Of a stretch of 64,000 bases of DNA, positions 30,306 through 40,969 are shown piece by piece. Source of the DNA: an uncultured Candidatus Saccharibacteria bacterium (GTDB taxonomy: Bacteria > Patescibacteriota > Minisyncoccia > Phycocordibacterales > PALSA-1337); contig CAYXZI010000004.1 in the NCBI GenBank assembly GCA_964470105.1, forward strand, positions 5,271 to 69,270, in the 5' to 3' direction. Both the position numbers and the translations under genes were made by a program. A model generated the notes under the pieces. The model was not told where the DNA came from. It saw only the letters and a program-made list of their open reading frames with translations, and searched no databases. Within the stretch, counting starts at the first letter, position 1, and each line of letters opens with the position of its first letter.

Positions 30306-30551
30306 ATGAACAAAGCTCTTACTACAGTTATTGTGATCGTTATTGCCTCTGCATGGTTGACGATTCTTCTCCAGCAAAGCCGGCTAGCCAGGCAGGCAGC
30401 CGAGATTTCCGAATGGAAATCCACTGCTCAGATTGCAATCCACAGTCGCAACGTCTATTGGCGAAGAGACCCTTCGCCGCAGGACTTGAGGGATGCGCTT
30501 GATGCATCCAAGCCCATGAACCCAACCATGAGTGGGTACATGCGTAAGTAG
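30306..30551 (+). CDS. Orphan cassette protein with N-terminal TM helix (81 aa)
   Basis: TTGACA-N17-TATACT 7 nt before ATG; terminator GGGCGGGTGC/GCACCCGCTC at 30571-30603. Confidence 0.75.
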   Translation: MNKALTTVIVIVIASAWLTILLQQSRLARQAAEISEWKSTAQIAIHSRNVYWRRDPSPQDLRDALDASKPMNPTMSGYMRK

Positions 30552-30603
30552 GGTTCAAACAATTCACATCGGGCGGGTGCAAAACAAGCACCCGCTCTTT
30601 CTT

Positions 30604-33600
30604 TTACTTTATTTCCTCCCCCCTCATCAAAATGAGATAGAATGCTGGAACCAAGAATAGTGTTAGGAATGAGGAAAGTGTAAGTCCAAATATCACTGAA
30701 CTTCCTAATGCCTGCCAGAATTCATCAGAAAGTGTTACGGGTAATATACCGAATATTGTACAAAGTGATGTTATAAATATTGCTTCAAGTCTAGACTTTC
30801 CAGCATCAACTATTGCATCTTCAAAAGCAATACCACTCTTTAGATTAAGATTAATCTTGTCTACAAGAATAATAGAGTTTTTAACCACAATACCAAAGAG
30901 AGCAAGGATTCCTATAAGTGCCGGCAATCCCAAACTCACATCAAATGTAGCCATACCGAGGAATACTCCAATCAATGCTAGTGGTATTGGTACAAGCACA
31001 ATTAGAGCCTTACGGAAGGAGTTAAATTGTATAACTAGGGTAGCAATGATGAGGAATATGGCCATTAGCATTGCTCGTACAATAGAAGCAAAGGACTCTG
31101 CATTTTGTTCATTCTCTCCACCATATGAAATGATGTATCCTGCCGGTAACTTGTAATCAGCAATCTTTTTCTCAAATGCAGCTAATATAGTTGGACCATT
31201 AGTACTTGAATCAGCTCCGGCTGATAGGACGACAGTTCTTTTCTGATCAATACGAGTAATTACATTTACTGCTGGCTTCAACTCTATCTTTGAAACATCC
31301 TTTAGAAATACAGGCTGCTTAAATGCATTAAGTATTTGAAGATTTTGTATTGATTCTAGATTTGGTAAATTATTTTTATCAAATGTGGCAATGAGTTTTA
31401 TCTCCTTCTCTCCTTTTGCTATCTTAGCAATTTCAACATCAGAAATTGCTGTACGAAGAACTGATCCAACATAGGCAGCAGTTAAGTTATTTCTTTCTAA
31501 AGCAGCCTTATCGAGAACAAAGGTATATTCTGGCACCGAGTCTTTAATAGAAGTGTCTATGTTTATAACTCCAGGTATGGTTGATAGTGATGATCTTAAA
31601 TCACTCATAATTCTCGTAAGCACACCCAGATCATCTCCAGATATGTGAGCTTCAAAAGCTGCACCAGCTGGAGGACCTCCTGCTGCTACTGATACATTTA
31701 TTTTAATACCAGAAATATTAGCCTCAGTTAGATCCTTTCTAATTAAATCTGCTAGTACATATGACTTCATTGATCTCTCCTCCTTTGACTTGAGTGTAAG
31801 ATTAATTGATGAAAGATTAGATGATCCTGTTCCACTACCACCAAATTGTCCTGAATTAGGACTTCCCTGTCCGATGATTGTTGAGTAGCTAGTAACATCA
31901 GGATATGCAGACATTTTTGCCTCAACCAATCTAGTCTTAGCATCAGTCTCATCTAGGTTTGAACCAACTGGAGTACTCATATCTATATATACATAATCTT
32001 GATCGGATACAGGGAAGAATTCATTACGGACTACACCTGTTCCAACCATTGCAATACTTGCAACAAAGAGAATACCGACAAAACCGAGTACCAGTCTCCT
32101 TCTTTTCTTGTCAAAGATATAGTATTTTAAAGTCTTTTCATATATTGGAATAAATTTATGGAAATCAACTATTCCATGTATTAGACGACTTGTGAAATTC
32201 TCATGTGATCGGTCTCCCTGAGAGGCAAGCTTCTTTTTAATGAGAGCGTCACTTTTCCACTCAAGAGACATTAGTCTTTCATTCTCTTTCATCTTTGGTA
32301 CACCTCCCTTTTCATACCACCATATTAGCCATGCTTCAATACCGACTGCTATAATTCCAAGAAATATTTGTAATCCTCCACCGTTATAGAACATGAAAAC
32401 AGAAAAGATGATTAGCAGACCTTCGATTACAAAGAAGAATCTCTTGGTTAAACGTATACGCTCAAGAATTGCTGCAAGAGGGTGATTGATCATTAGAGCA
32501 ATGAAGAGTGACGCTATTAGAGTAATGGAAACAGTAACTGGTATAGATTTAAGGTATTCACCTACGATTCCTGTTGCGAATAGTAGTGGTAGAAATGCCC
32601 ATACAGTAGCTAGGGTGGTTGTAGTTAATACCCACTTAAAATCATTCAGTACCAAAAGCACTGCTTCCTCAGGAGTAAATTTTCCAGTATTTAAATACTG
32701 TTTTGTAGCAGAAACCACTACAATCGCATCATCAACAAGAAGACCTAATGCAAGGATTAGGGAAAATAGTGAAAGAAAGTTAAGTGTCATTCCTAATGCC
32801 TTAAGAACTCCAAAGCTAACAAAGAAAACAAGTGGTATTGCTAAACCAGCCACGAACGCTTCCTTTAAACCGACAATCAGGAATAGAATGATACTAACCA
32901 GAAGTACTGTAATTAAAAAATCATGACTCAATTGATCAAAACTAATACGCACCTCCTTTGCCATATCCATAGTAGTACTATATGTAATACCTGGAGCAAA
33001 AGTTTTAAGCATACTGTCTACAGTGCTTTTAACTGAGTCTACAGTATCTAGTACGGAAGCACCTTGTCTTTTTATAACTGAAAGACTAATCGAGTTTTTT
33101 GATTCAGAACCCAATTGTGACAAACGAGAGTATGAAGTTTTCTTGATTGCCTTTTCACTTACCTTTGCAATATCTTTAAGTAGTATTGTACTACCGTCTG
33201 AGGTGTGCGATACGGGTATACGAGCTATATCAGAAATTTCTGTCATTCTACCATCTACACGGATAGGAAATATTAAGTTCTTATTTTCAAAGTTACCTGA
33301 TGGTATCGCTAGATTTGAAGTCATTACTGCCCTATTTGCCTCATCAACAGTTATGCCATAGAACAGCAATTGATTGTTATCATAAGCAATCTCATATTCC
33401 AGTTCATCACCACCATAAACCCTGACTTCTCTTACCCCTGGGTTCTTTTCGAGTTCATCTTTAATATTATCTACATAGTTACGAAGAGTGAAACCATCAT
33501 ATGGACCAATTAAGGCAATTGACCATATTGGCGCATCATCAAGTGAAATTTCATTTACGACAGGTTCCTTTGCGTCGGTTGATATATCATTCTTAACTGT

Positions 33601-34014
33601 AGCGACCTTATCACGTAAATTTCTAATTGCATCATCTAGATTTTCATTAGCATTAAACTCAACTTGTATAGATGAAAGAGAATTATATGAATTTGATGTT
33701 AGCTTATTAAGCCCCTTCAGACCTGAAAGCTTTGCTTCAATCTTTTTAGTAACAAACTCCTCAACATCAGATGGTGATGCTCCTGGATATACTGTTGTAA
33801 CTATGGCTATTGGAATTTTAACTTCAGGATTTGATTCACGCGGTAATGAAAGGAAAGAGTATATTCCCCATACAGATATTATAACAATGAGAAGAATGAC
33901 TACACGAAAATTAGTTACAAAGAAATTTAACCAGGTATTACGAAGTTCAGGTCTAAATTCTAGACGTTCGAGGTATCGACTATCAGATGATTGTTCTTTA
34001 TTTTTATAATCCAT
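30604..34014 (-). CDS. RND efflux permease (AcrB/AcrD/AcrF family)
   Basis: 1136 aa; YPGASP.DVE, GLLVDDAIVV, GIVVKNSI, RLEAI..TSL. Confidence 0.93.
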   Translation of the reverse strand: MDYKNKEQSSDSRYLERLEFRPELRNTWLNFFVTNFRVVILLIVIISVWGIYSFLSLPRESNPEVKIPIAIVTTVYPGASPSDVEEFVTKKIEAKLSGLKGLNKLTSNSYNSLSSIQVEFNANENLDDAIRNLRDKVATVKNDISTDAKEPVVNEISLDDAPIWSIALIGPYDGFTLRNYVDNIKDELEKNPGVREVRVYGGDELEYEIAYDNNQLLFYGITVDEANRAVMTSNLAIPSGNFENKNLIFPIRVDGRMTEISDIARIPVSHTSDGSTILLKDIAKVSEKAIKKTSYSRLSQLGSESKNSISLSVIKRQGASVLDTVDSVKSTVDSMLKTFAPGITYSTTMDMAKEVRISFDQLSHDFLITVLLVSIILFLIVGLKEAFVAGLAIPLVFFVSFGVLKALGMTLNFLSLFSLILALGLLVDDAIVVVSATKQYLNTGKFTPEEAVLLVLNDFKWVLTTTTLATVWAFLPLLFATGIVGEYLKSIPVTVSITLIASLFIALMINHPLAAILERIRLTKRFFFVIEGLLIIFSVFMFYNGGGLQIFLGIIAVGIEAWLIWWYEKGGVPKMKENERLMSLEWKSDALIKKKLASQGDRSHENFTSRLIHGIVDFHKFIPIYEKTLKYYIFDKKRRRLVLGFVGILFVASIAMVGTGVVRNEFFPVSDQDYVYIDMSTPVGSNLDETDAKTRLVEAKMSAYPDVTSYSTIIGQGSPNSGQFGGSGTGSSNLSSINLTLKSKEERSMKSYVLADLIRKDLTEANISGIKINVSVAAGGPPAGAAFEAHISGDDLGVLTRIMSDLRSSLSTIPGVINIDTSIKDSVPEYTFVLDKAALERNNLTAAYVGSVLRTAISDVEIAKIAKGEKEIKLIATFDKNNLPNLESIQNLQILNAFKQPVFLKDVSKIELKPAVNVITRIDQKRTVVLSAGADSSTNGPTILAAFEKKIADYKLPAGYIISYGGENEQNAESFASIVRAMLMAIFLIIATLVIQFNSFRKALIVLVPIPLALIGVFLGMATFDVSLGLPALIGILALFGIVVKNSIILVDKINLNLKSGIAFEDAIVDAGKSRLEAIFITSLCTIFGILPVTLSDEFWQALGSSVIFGLTLSSFLTLFLVPAFYLILMRGEEIK

Positions 34015-34016
34015 TT

Positions 34017-35513
34017 TTATTGTACAATTACCTTCTGTCCTTCCTCTAGTTCATATACAGGAGATACAATTTTCATATCTGGATTAATACCACTCGTAAT
34101 TTCTATAAAGTCTCCTTGAATCTTTCCTATTGTTACAGAATTTTTAACTATTTTAGATTCATCATTAACAGTATATACATAGGCAAATCCAGGAACTATC
34201 TTTACATTTTGAATTGGAATCAAATATACCTTGCCCTCAGCAGTAGTTGCAGTAGTTTTTTGTGCTTCAATTAATACATTTACATTCTGTCCAACAATGA
34301 GTCCTGACTCATCCCCATTATCAATTGAGATCTTAGTTTCAACCTTACGATTTACTGTGTTTACACTGGGAGCAACACTCATAACTTTTCCTTTTATATT
34401 TGTCTCAACCATAACGTTAGCTCCAACAGCGATCTTTGAAAGGTCTTCACCACTTGCATATGCCTTAATTTGTAATCCTCCACCACCAACAACCGTAGCA
34501 ATTAGTTGACCTGGTTGTGCCAACTCTCCTTGACGCAACGGTAATCCAGCAATTTTCCCAGATATTGGAGAAGTTATAATTGTCTTAGCTAGTTGAGCTT
34601 CAAGATTTTTAACTATAGCCTGCGCTGAAGATATCTGTGCCTCAGAGCCTGATAGTCCAGATCCAGCGGATGTAAGACTCTTAATTGCTCCATTAATATT
34701 ATTTCTATCTAAGCTTACTGTATTTTGCCAACCAGTTAAAGTTGTATATGTACTAGATACTGGTGTACCCTTTATTGCATCATTTATTACTTTAGAAATA
34801 TCTTCCAAAAGAAGACTTATATTTCTTAGATTTTCTTGTGATGCAGAAATAACGGAGGCAATATCAGTATTACTAGAAGATGTAGTTAGTGAGTCAATAT
34901 TTTTTTTCCATGATACTGATATTTCCTTAGCCTGAAGATATCTCGCCCTTATAGACTCATCGAGATTTCTGTCTGTTATGAAGGAAGATAGACGTTGATT
35001 GCCTCCCGTTTGATCGTATAGAAAAGGACTTAGATCAATACTGATAACCTCATCGGCAATTAAATAGCTACTTTGCAAAGTTTCCAATGCTGATTTTCGT
35101 GGAGCCTCAAGAAAGTCACCAGATGAAGTATACTGTCCTTGCGCCAGTCTCAGCCCTGCTTTAGCCTGATCTAATTGAGCACGGATATCAGCATTTTGTA
35201 ATGTTGCAATCACCTGACCTTTTGTTACATTATCTCCAATTCCCAAATTTACACTCGCAAGCGGGGCTGAAATTTGACTACGAAGATCAACTTGAGATAC
35301 TGATTCAACAATTCCATCTGCAGATATTTTAGAAATATCATTTCTAAAATTACCGACTTCAACTAGAGTAACCTTCTTATCATTACCGGTATTTTCAGAT
35401 ACAACTTTTGATCTTGTGGCAACTCTACCTGCAATTACCGAAGTTATGACAGCAACGATAGCAATACCGGCTGAAAGAACAACGTGACTACGTATGTATG
35501 TAAATATCTTCAT
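34017..35513 (-). CDS. RND membrane-fusion (adaptor) subunit with long helical hairpin
   Basis: TM anchor; lipoyl half-motifs G..V.KGQ.IA.L and I.SPISG.I; directly upstream of the RND permease. Confidence 0.88.
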   Translation of the reverse strand: MKIFTYIRSHVVLSAGIAIVAVITSVIAGRVATRSKVVSENTGNDKKVTLVEVGNFRNDISKISADGIVESVSQVDLRSQISAPLASVNLGIGDNVTKGQVIATLQNADIRAQLDQAKAGLRLAQGQYTSSGDFLEAPRKSALETLQSSYLIADEVISIDLSPFLYDQTGGNQRLSSFITDRNLDESIRARYLQAKEISVSWKKNIDSLTTSSSNTDIASVISASQENLRNISLLLEDISKVINDAIKGTPVSSTYTTLTGWQNTVSLDRNNINGAIKSLTSAGSGLSGSEAQISSAQAIVKNLEAQLAKTIITSPISGKIAGLPLRQGELAQPGQLIATVVGGGGLQIKAYASGEDLSKIAVGANVMVETNIKGKVMSVAPSVNTVNRKVETKISIDNGDESGLIVGQNVNVLIEAQKTTATTAEGKVYLIPIQNVKIVPGFAYVYTVNDESKIVKNSVTIGKIQGDFIEITSGINPDMKIVSPVYELEEGQKVIVQ

Positions 35514-35529
35514 ATGTTTTTATTATACC

Positions 35530-36387
35530 CTATATTCCCTCCTTTTTTAATTCTTCAACCAATTTCTGTGCTGATTTTGACAACTTCTTAGGCATATCTA
35601 CTTTTGTAACAATAAGTAAATCCCCTCTTCTACCTCGAGCATCCGGTACACCCTTCTGGCGTACCCTCAATATTTCATTATGTGTCGTACCCGCTGGAAC
35701 CTTTAGCTCTATCTTCCCATCTAATGTCTCGATATCTAGAGTAGCTCCAAGAAGTGCAGTGGTGAGTTTCAAATCTAATTCCATTATCAAGTTATTTCCT
35801 TCTTTTCTAAAAACATCGTGATCTGTAACCCAAACTCTAACAATTAAGTCTCCTTTTCCTCCTGGACCATCTTCTCCTTTACCTGAAACTCTCAATCCTT
35901 GTCCATTTTCAATTCCAGATGGAATCTTTACCTCTATTTTTTCTTTGTCCACAATGATATCTTTTGCAACACCGAATACTGATTCCTTGAATGAAATTTG
36001 AATATCTATATTTATAGTTGCTCCCTTTCTAGGTCTTCTACCTCCTCCTCCAAAGAATTCTCCGAATATATCTCCTAGATCAAATTCAAATGCTTGTCCA
36101 TTCTGACTTTGATATTGTCTTGCGAACTGAGAGAAATCGAAACCGGCACCACCGAATCCTTGTGATCCTGTAAATCCACTAGGTCCGTCTGAACCGAAGG
36201 TATCATATTGCTGACGTTTTTGATCATCAGACAAGGTTGTATATGCTTCATTTATCTCTTTAAACTTAGCATCATTACCCTGATTCTTATCAGGATGGTG
36301 CTCATGAGCAAGCTTACGAAAAGCTTTCTTTATATCGTCTTTTGAGGCGTTTTTATCAACACCTAGGATTTTGTAGTAGTCTTTCAT
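35530..36387 (-). CDS. dnaJ: DnaJ-family chaperone without zinc-finger domain
   Basis: J domain with HPD, G/F region, C-terminal domain; no CxxCxGxG repeats. Confidence 0.85.
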   Translation of the reverse strand: MKDYYKILGVDKNASKDDIKKAFRKLAHEHHPDKNQGNDAKFKEINEAYTTLSDDQKRQQYDTFGSDGPSGFTGSQGFGGAGFDFSQFARQYQSQNGQAFEFDLGDIFGEFFGGGGRRPRKGATINIDIQISFKESVFGVAKDIIVDKEKIEVKIPSGIENGQGLRVSGKGEDGPGGKGDLIVRVWVTDHDVFRKEGNNLIMELDLKLTTALLGATLDIETLDGKIELKVPAGTTHNEILRVRQKGVPDARGRRGDLLIVTKVDMPKKLSKSAQKLVEELKKEGI

Positions 36388-36488
36388 TACTTTTACATAT
36401 TAACAGAAATGTGTTGTTTAATGGGATTGACTATACGGTGTATCTGTGATATGTTATGTTTTAGAGAAAGCACCGAGTATGCGCTCGG

Positions 36489-36842
36489 ATGCTAGATAAC
36501 CAACTCATAATGGGATCAAAAATGATCAAAGAAACTGAAACTCAACGCCAGAAACGAGAGGAGAAGGAAGCCATGGGAAAGGAGAGGATACTCAGGCATG
36601 CCAAATCCCTTATTGATGGAATCGAGAGCGGAAAGATGCCCAGGGTAGTGGTTGCTGGGGCGATCCACCAAATACTTGCGGGTGCCGCACTGTATTGCCC
36701 TGATCAGATGATTCTTGTTCACGGGCACAACAAGAAGGAATCAGAGGTGCCAGACCCAGAACTGATCACTCGGACTGCGAAGTGGCTCTCAAAGGCAGAT
36801 GCGGAGATAGAGAGAGCAAGAGAAGAAGGCAATGGATCATAA
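36489..36842 (+). CDS. Orphan cassette protein
   Basis: TTGACT-N17-TATGTT promoter, GC-richer ORF, terminator repeat directly after the stop. Start uncertain. Confidence 0.65.
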   Translation: MLDNQLIMGSKMIKETETQRQKREEKEAMGKERILRHAKSLIDGIESGKMPRVVVAGAIHQILAGAALYCPDQMILVHGHNKKESEVPDPELITRTAKWLSKADAEIERAREEGNGS

Positions 36843-36843
36843 C

Positions 36844-36888
36844 CGAAAGCCGGCCTCCCCAGTGGACGCCGGCTTCGCTTTTTATATT
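36844..36888 (+). repeat. 45-bp terminator repeat, copy 1
   Basis: CGAAAGCCGGCCTCCCCAGTGGACGCCGGCTTCGCTTTTTATATT; 1 mismatch to 38777-38821. Confidence 0.9.
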
Positions 36889-36891
36889 TAA

Positions 36892-37893
36892 CTAGACTAA
36901 TAGATTAGTTGTAAGTGCTACCATCAGTTCCTTATCCTTAGGATCACTTTCAGCAATCAACAGTGCTAAAGCTACTAGTGTATTATCATTTATTTTTCTT
37001 TCACCATTTGCTCGTATATCAATTCTATTAAGTCTCAAGAAGAAAACAAAACAGAATGAAGCTATACGCTTATTACCATCTGAGAATGGATGGTCCTTTA
37101 TGATGAAGTACAGTAGATGAGCTGCTTTTTCATCGAGACTTGAATATAGCTCCTTTCCATCAAAAGTTTGATATATGGTTTTAAGTATACCCCGGAAACT
37201 TCCATCACGTTCTATACCGAAGAGATCTGATGCTTCCTTTTTATCTATTAATACAGTCTTTAAGACTTCAATTGAACTATGAATGAATTCATAATCAAAT
37301 TTCTTTTTTTCAATATCCTTACTTTTCCTTAACTTTAGCTCACCTTCATCATATTCCTTAAGAAATTTCCATGAATTAGCATAGTCATGTATTACAGACA
37401 ACAAGCTATTACTCTCGCCTTGGCTTAACTCTCTTTCTCTAACAGTGCGCTGAATGAAGGAAATCTTTTCTTCTAGATCCTTAAGTATTCTATCTGGGAG
37501 ATTACTAACTCTTTCATTGTTAATAACAATACCTTTAATTAGATACTCTCGAAGTGTTGTAGTGGCCCACTGTCTGAATTTAATTGCCTTTGAAGAATTA
37601 GTACGATATCCGACTGCCAGGATGATGTCTAGTGAATATAAGGTAACTGGCTTATATGAATTAGTATTATGCATATTTTGCATATTGCTTTTTTCATCCA
37701 CCTCACCATCACTGAGTGTATTCTTTATGTGTCTAGACACAACCGACTGATCAATTTCGAACAATTCAGCAATCTGAGCCTGTGTTGCCCAAATTGTTTC
37801 CTTATCTGTGTCAGCTCTCAATTCTACTGTCCCATTAGCACTTGTATATATTACAAGCCTACCATCATCATTTTTAATGATATTTGTGTTCAT
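36892..37893 (-). CDS. RhuM-family / Fic-DOC fusion protein
   Basis: ETIWATQ.QIAELF, Y.LD.I.AVGYR.NS..A..FRQWAT and Fic motif HPFSDGNKRIA. Confidence 0.9.
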   Translation of the reverse strand: MNTNIIKNDDGRLVIYTSANGTVELRADTDKETIWATQAQIAELFEIDQSVVSRHIKNTLSDGEVDEKSNMQNMHNTNSYKPVTLYSLDIILAVGYRTNSSKAIKFRQWATTTLREYLIKGIVINNERVSNLPDRILKDLEEKISFIQRTVRERELSQGESNSLLSVIHDYANSWKFLKEYDEGELKLRKSKDIEKKKFDYEFIHSSIEVLKTVLIDKKEASDLFGIERDGSFRGILKTIYQTFDGKELYSSLDEKAAHLLYFIIKDHPFSDGNKRIASFCFVFFLRLNRIDIRANGERKINDNTLVALALLIAESDPKDKELMVALTTNLLV

Positions 37894-38157
37894 ATTTAGT
37901 TTGTTAGTTAATAATCTAATAAAAAAATGTCATTCTGACTTAATATGTTTGATTCAAAATAAAAATCTCTATTTCTCCTCTCTCCTAAGAAAATATCGAG
38001 CGAGCCTTGTGGGCATTAGTGGGTATATTATACCAAATATGTGTGGGTAATCTGAACTTTACTTTATATAATAAGTGTGTTACTAATAGTCAATATGAAC
38101 ACGAGCGGATGCTCGAAAGTTCTTTGGAAAACTCAACTTTTTGTTTAGAGAAAGCTT

Positions 38158-38748
38158 ATGAAGACCACCCCTACTTTAGAGCGAGTTGTCGATGCAATAC
38201 AGGAGACAGTTATCAAGGAATTGCTCACGGTATGGAGAATCAACCGTGAGATTACGACCGAGAAACTCTCGGCAATGACCTATCGGCAATTGAGGTCCCA
38301 GCTCGGCCCCAAATCAATCCATCGTTTGTATCTCGAGTGTTGGAGTACAATTTCCCCCGACATGGCCTGGATGAAGGATCATGAAAGGAAGCGAGAAAAA
38401 AGATTGTCTCCGATCGAAGTGACTGGCTACTCTATCACATATCAGGAAGTCAGGTGGGCTGAAATTGAAGCAAGTGTCAAAAAGATACAAGTACTCGCCA
38501 CCCCATCAATCAAACTCCTTCTCAAGAAGTTTCGAAAAAAAGGAGAAACTCAGCAAGGTGAATGGGCGTGTGAAAGAGCAGATGATGTATTTCCTAGCAA
38601 ACTTCCTGAAGATCAGCGTCTGCACCCCCTATTTCTGATCAATCAGAGGCTGCAATTCGATGGAGTTCACTTTAGGTTTAAGTTCATGCCTTACAGAAGT
38701 GGACCTGCCAGTACTGATCTGGTCGAAATTGTCGCCAGGAACAGATAG
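38158..38748 (+). CDS. Orphan cassette protein (196 aa, basic)
   Basis: AGAGAAAG before ATG, GC-richer codons, followed by the terminator repeat. Confidence 0.7.
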   Translation: MKTTPTLERVVDAIQETVIKELLTVWRINREITTEKLSAMTYRQLRSQLGPKSIHRLYLECWSTISPDMAWMKDHERKREKRLSPIEVTGYSITYQEVRWAEIEASVKKIQVLATPSIKLLLKKFRKKGETQQGEWACERADDVFPSKLPEDQRLHPLFLINQRLQFDGVHFRFKFMPYRSGPASTDLVEIVARNR

Positions 38749-38776
38749 TCCACATCTCTACGACTTACCTGGAACA

Positions 38777-38821
38777 CGAAAGCCGGCCTCCCAAGTGGAC
38801 GCCGGCTTCGCTTTTTATATT
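38777..38821 (+). repeat. 45-bp terminator repeat, copy 2
   Basis: See 36844-36888. Confidence 0.9.
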
Positions 38822-38841
38822 CAATTTTACTTTCTTTTAAT

Positions 38842-40722
38842 TTACTTCTTCTCCTTAAACTCTGCATCCTTTACATCTCCCTCTGGACCCTTGTTCTCTC
38901 CAGTTGGTGGTGTCTGTGCTTGAGCTTTGGATAGTATTTCTCCAATCTTTGATAGCTCAGATGATAGTGCATCAGAAGTTGTCTTTAGTCTTGCAGAATC
39001 TGTTCCATCTTTTGCACTCTTAACATCTGCAATCTTGTCCTCAATGCTCTTTCTAAGATCAGCTGGAACCTTGTCTCCTGCATCCTTAAGAGATTTCTCT
39101 GAAGTATGGATCAATTGCTCTGCCATATTCTTGGCTTCAATCATATCCTTCTTCTTTGCATCTTCAGCAGCATTTACTTCTGCATCATGTTTCATCTTTT
39201 CTACTTCTTCTTTTGAAAGACCTGAACTAGCAGTTATTTTTATACTGTTTGCCTTTCCTGTAGCTTTGTCTTTTGCAGTAACTGAAAGGATACCGTTTGC
39301 ATCTAGATCAAAAGTAACTTCAACTTGTGGCATACCACGTGGAGCTGGAGCTATACCATCTAGAATAAATCTTCCTAATGATTTGTTATCAGCTGATAGC
39401 GGTCTTTCACCTTGAGTAATGTGAATTTCTACAGATGTTTGGTTATCTGCTGCTGTAGAGAAGATTTGAGACTTCTGGGTAGGGATAGTTGTATTCTTTT
39501 CAATGAGTTTTGTAGCTACTCCACCCATTGTCTCTATAGCTAGAGAGAGTGGTGTAACGTCTAGGAGAAGCACTCCCTTAACATCACCGGCTAGTATACC
39601 TCCTTGAATAGCAGCACCTACCGCAACCACCTCGTCAGGATTCACACCTAAGTGTAGCTCCTTACCGAAGAAATCTTTCACAGCTTTTTGCATAGCTGGC
39701 ATACGTGTCTGACCTCCCACCAAGATTACTTCATTAATATCTGCAATCTTAAATGGTGAAGCACTCATAGCACGCTTCGTAATCTCCATTGCTCGATCAA
39801 TGAATTCACGTGTAAGCTCTTCAAGCTTTGCTCGTGTCATAGTTACAAGCAAATGCTTTGGACCATCAGCACCAGATGTTAGGAAAGGAATATTTACTTC
39901 TGTCTGCATAGCTGTTGAAAGTTCTATCTTTGCCTTTTCAGCTGCTTCATCTAATCTCTGTAGAGCTAGAGCATCTTTTCTTACATCAATTCCCTCTTGC
40001 TTCTTGAATTCTTCAGCAAGCCAGTTGATGATCTTCTGATCAATATCCTTACCTCCTAGGTGAGCATCTCCATCAGTTGATTTTACTTCTACAACATCAT
40101 CTCCCACTTCTAGAACTGATATATCAAAAGTTCCTCCACCGAAGTCGAAGACTACGATCTTTTCATCTTTCTTTTTGTCGAAGCCATATGCTAGAGCTGC
40201 AGCTGTTGGTTCGTTTATAATTCGTTTTACATCGAGTCCTGCAATCTTTCCTGCATCCTTTGTTGCTTGTCTCTGTGCATCGTTGAAGTATGCAGGAACG
40301 GTAATAACTGCTTCAGTAACTGGTGAACCTAGACGAGCTTCTGCATCTGCTTTCATTTTTCCTAGAATCATAGCTGATATCTCCTCTGGTCTGTACCATT
40401 TATCACCCATCTTTACTTCAATTCCTCCTGTTGCACTTTTCTGCATTTCAAAAGGAACAGATGCGCGATCCTTTTGTACTGCTGGATCATCAAAGTTGTG
40501 GCCGATAAATCTTTTAATTTGATATATTGTATTTTTTGGATTTGTTACTCCTTGGCGCTTTGCTAGAAGTCCTACCATGCGCTCGCCAGTTTTTGACATA
40601 GCAATGATGGAAGGAGTTGTACGTGCACCTTCTGCGTTTTCTAATATTTTAGGGGTACCAGCTTCCATCACAGCGACGGCTGAGTTGGTGGTACCGAGAT
40701 CGATTCCGATTATTTTGGACAT
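38842..40722 (-). CDS. dnaK: Chaperone DnaK
   Basis: [44 protein letters not shown]. Confidence 0.98.
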   Translation of the reverse strand: MSKIIGIDLGTTNSAVAVMEAGTPKILENAEGARTTPSIIAMSKTGERMVGLLAKRQGVTNPKNTIYQIKRFIGHNFDDPAVQKDRASVPFEMQKSATGGIEVKMGDKWYRPEEISAMILGKMKADAEARLGSPVTEAVITVPAYFNDAQRQATKDAGKIAGLDVKRIINEPTAAALAYGFDKKKDEKIVVFDFGGGTFDISVLEVGDDVVEVKSTDGDAHLGGKDIDQKIINWLAEEFKKQEGIDVRKDALALQRLDEAAEKAKIELSTAMQTEVNIPFLTSGADGPKHLLVTMTRAKLEELTREFIDRAMEITKRAMSASPFKIADINEVILVGGQTRMPAMQKAVKDFFGKELHLGVNPDEVVAVGAAIQGGILAGDVKGVLLLDVTPLSLAIETMGGVATKLIEKNTTIPTQKSQIFSTAADNQTSVEIHITQGERPLSADNKSLGRFILDGIAPAPRGMPQVEVTFDLDANGILSVTAKDKATGKANSIKITASSGLSKEEVEKMKHDAEVNAAEDAKKKDMIEAKNMAEQLIHTSEKSLKDAGDKVPADLRKSIEDKIADVKSAKDGTDSARLKTTSDALSSELSKIGEILSKAQAQTPPTGENKGPEGDVKDAEFKEKK

Positions 40723-40773
40723 ATTGATTTTATTTAATTTGACATTATTAATGTTTTATAGTATATATATTAC

Positions 40774-40914
40774 ATGAGAAAGCTCTTTTTGGTAACCATT
40801 GTGCTTACTAATGCACTCTTTTCTGTGGCATCAGAGATCATTCTTTTTCTTGCATGTGCAAAAGTTGCACTTATTGCTATCGGAGTGATCTACTTGGTCG
40901 TAAACAAGGTCTGA
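40774..40914 (+). CDS. 46-aa hydrophobic orphan protein MRKLFLVTIV...VIYLVVNKV (not in ORF track)
   Basis: TTGACA(40739)-N17-TATATA then ATG; terminator GGTGGCG/CGCCACC plus T tract at 40935-40970. Confidence 0.7.
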   Translation: MRKLFLVTIVLTNALFSVASEIILFLACAKVALIAIGVIYLVVNKV

Positions 40915-40969
40915 GGTACCTGGAACATCTCATTGGTGGCGAGTCTCTTATAGACCGCCACCTTTTCTT

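Noticed and set aside
36844-38821. Integron attC sites at cassette ends
   Set aside because: The hairpins lack RYYYAAC/GTTRRRY core ends, are followed by T tracts like terminators, and no integrase is present.
40864-40892. CIRCE operator upstream of dnaK
   Set aside because: Poor match with wrong spacing, and it lies inside the 46-aa ORF.
40773-40935. Structured ncRNA upstream of dnaK
   Set aside because: Short stems exist, but an intact hydrophobic ORF fills the promoter-terminator unit.
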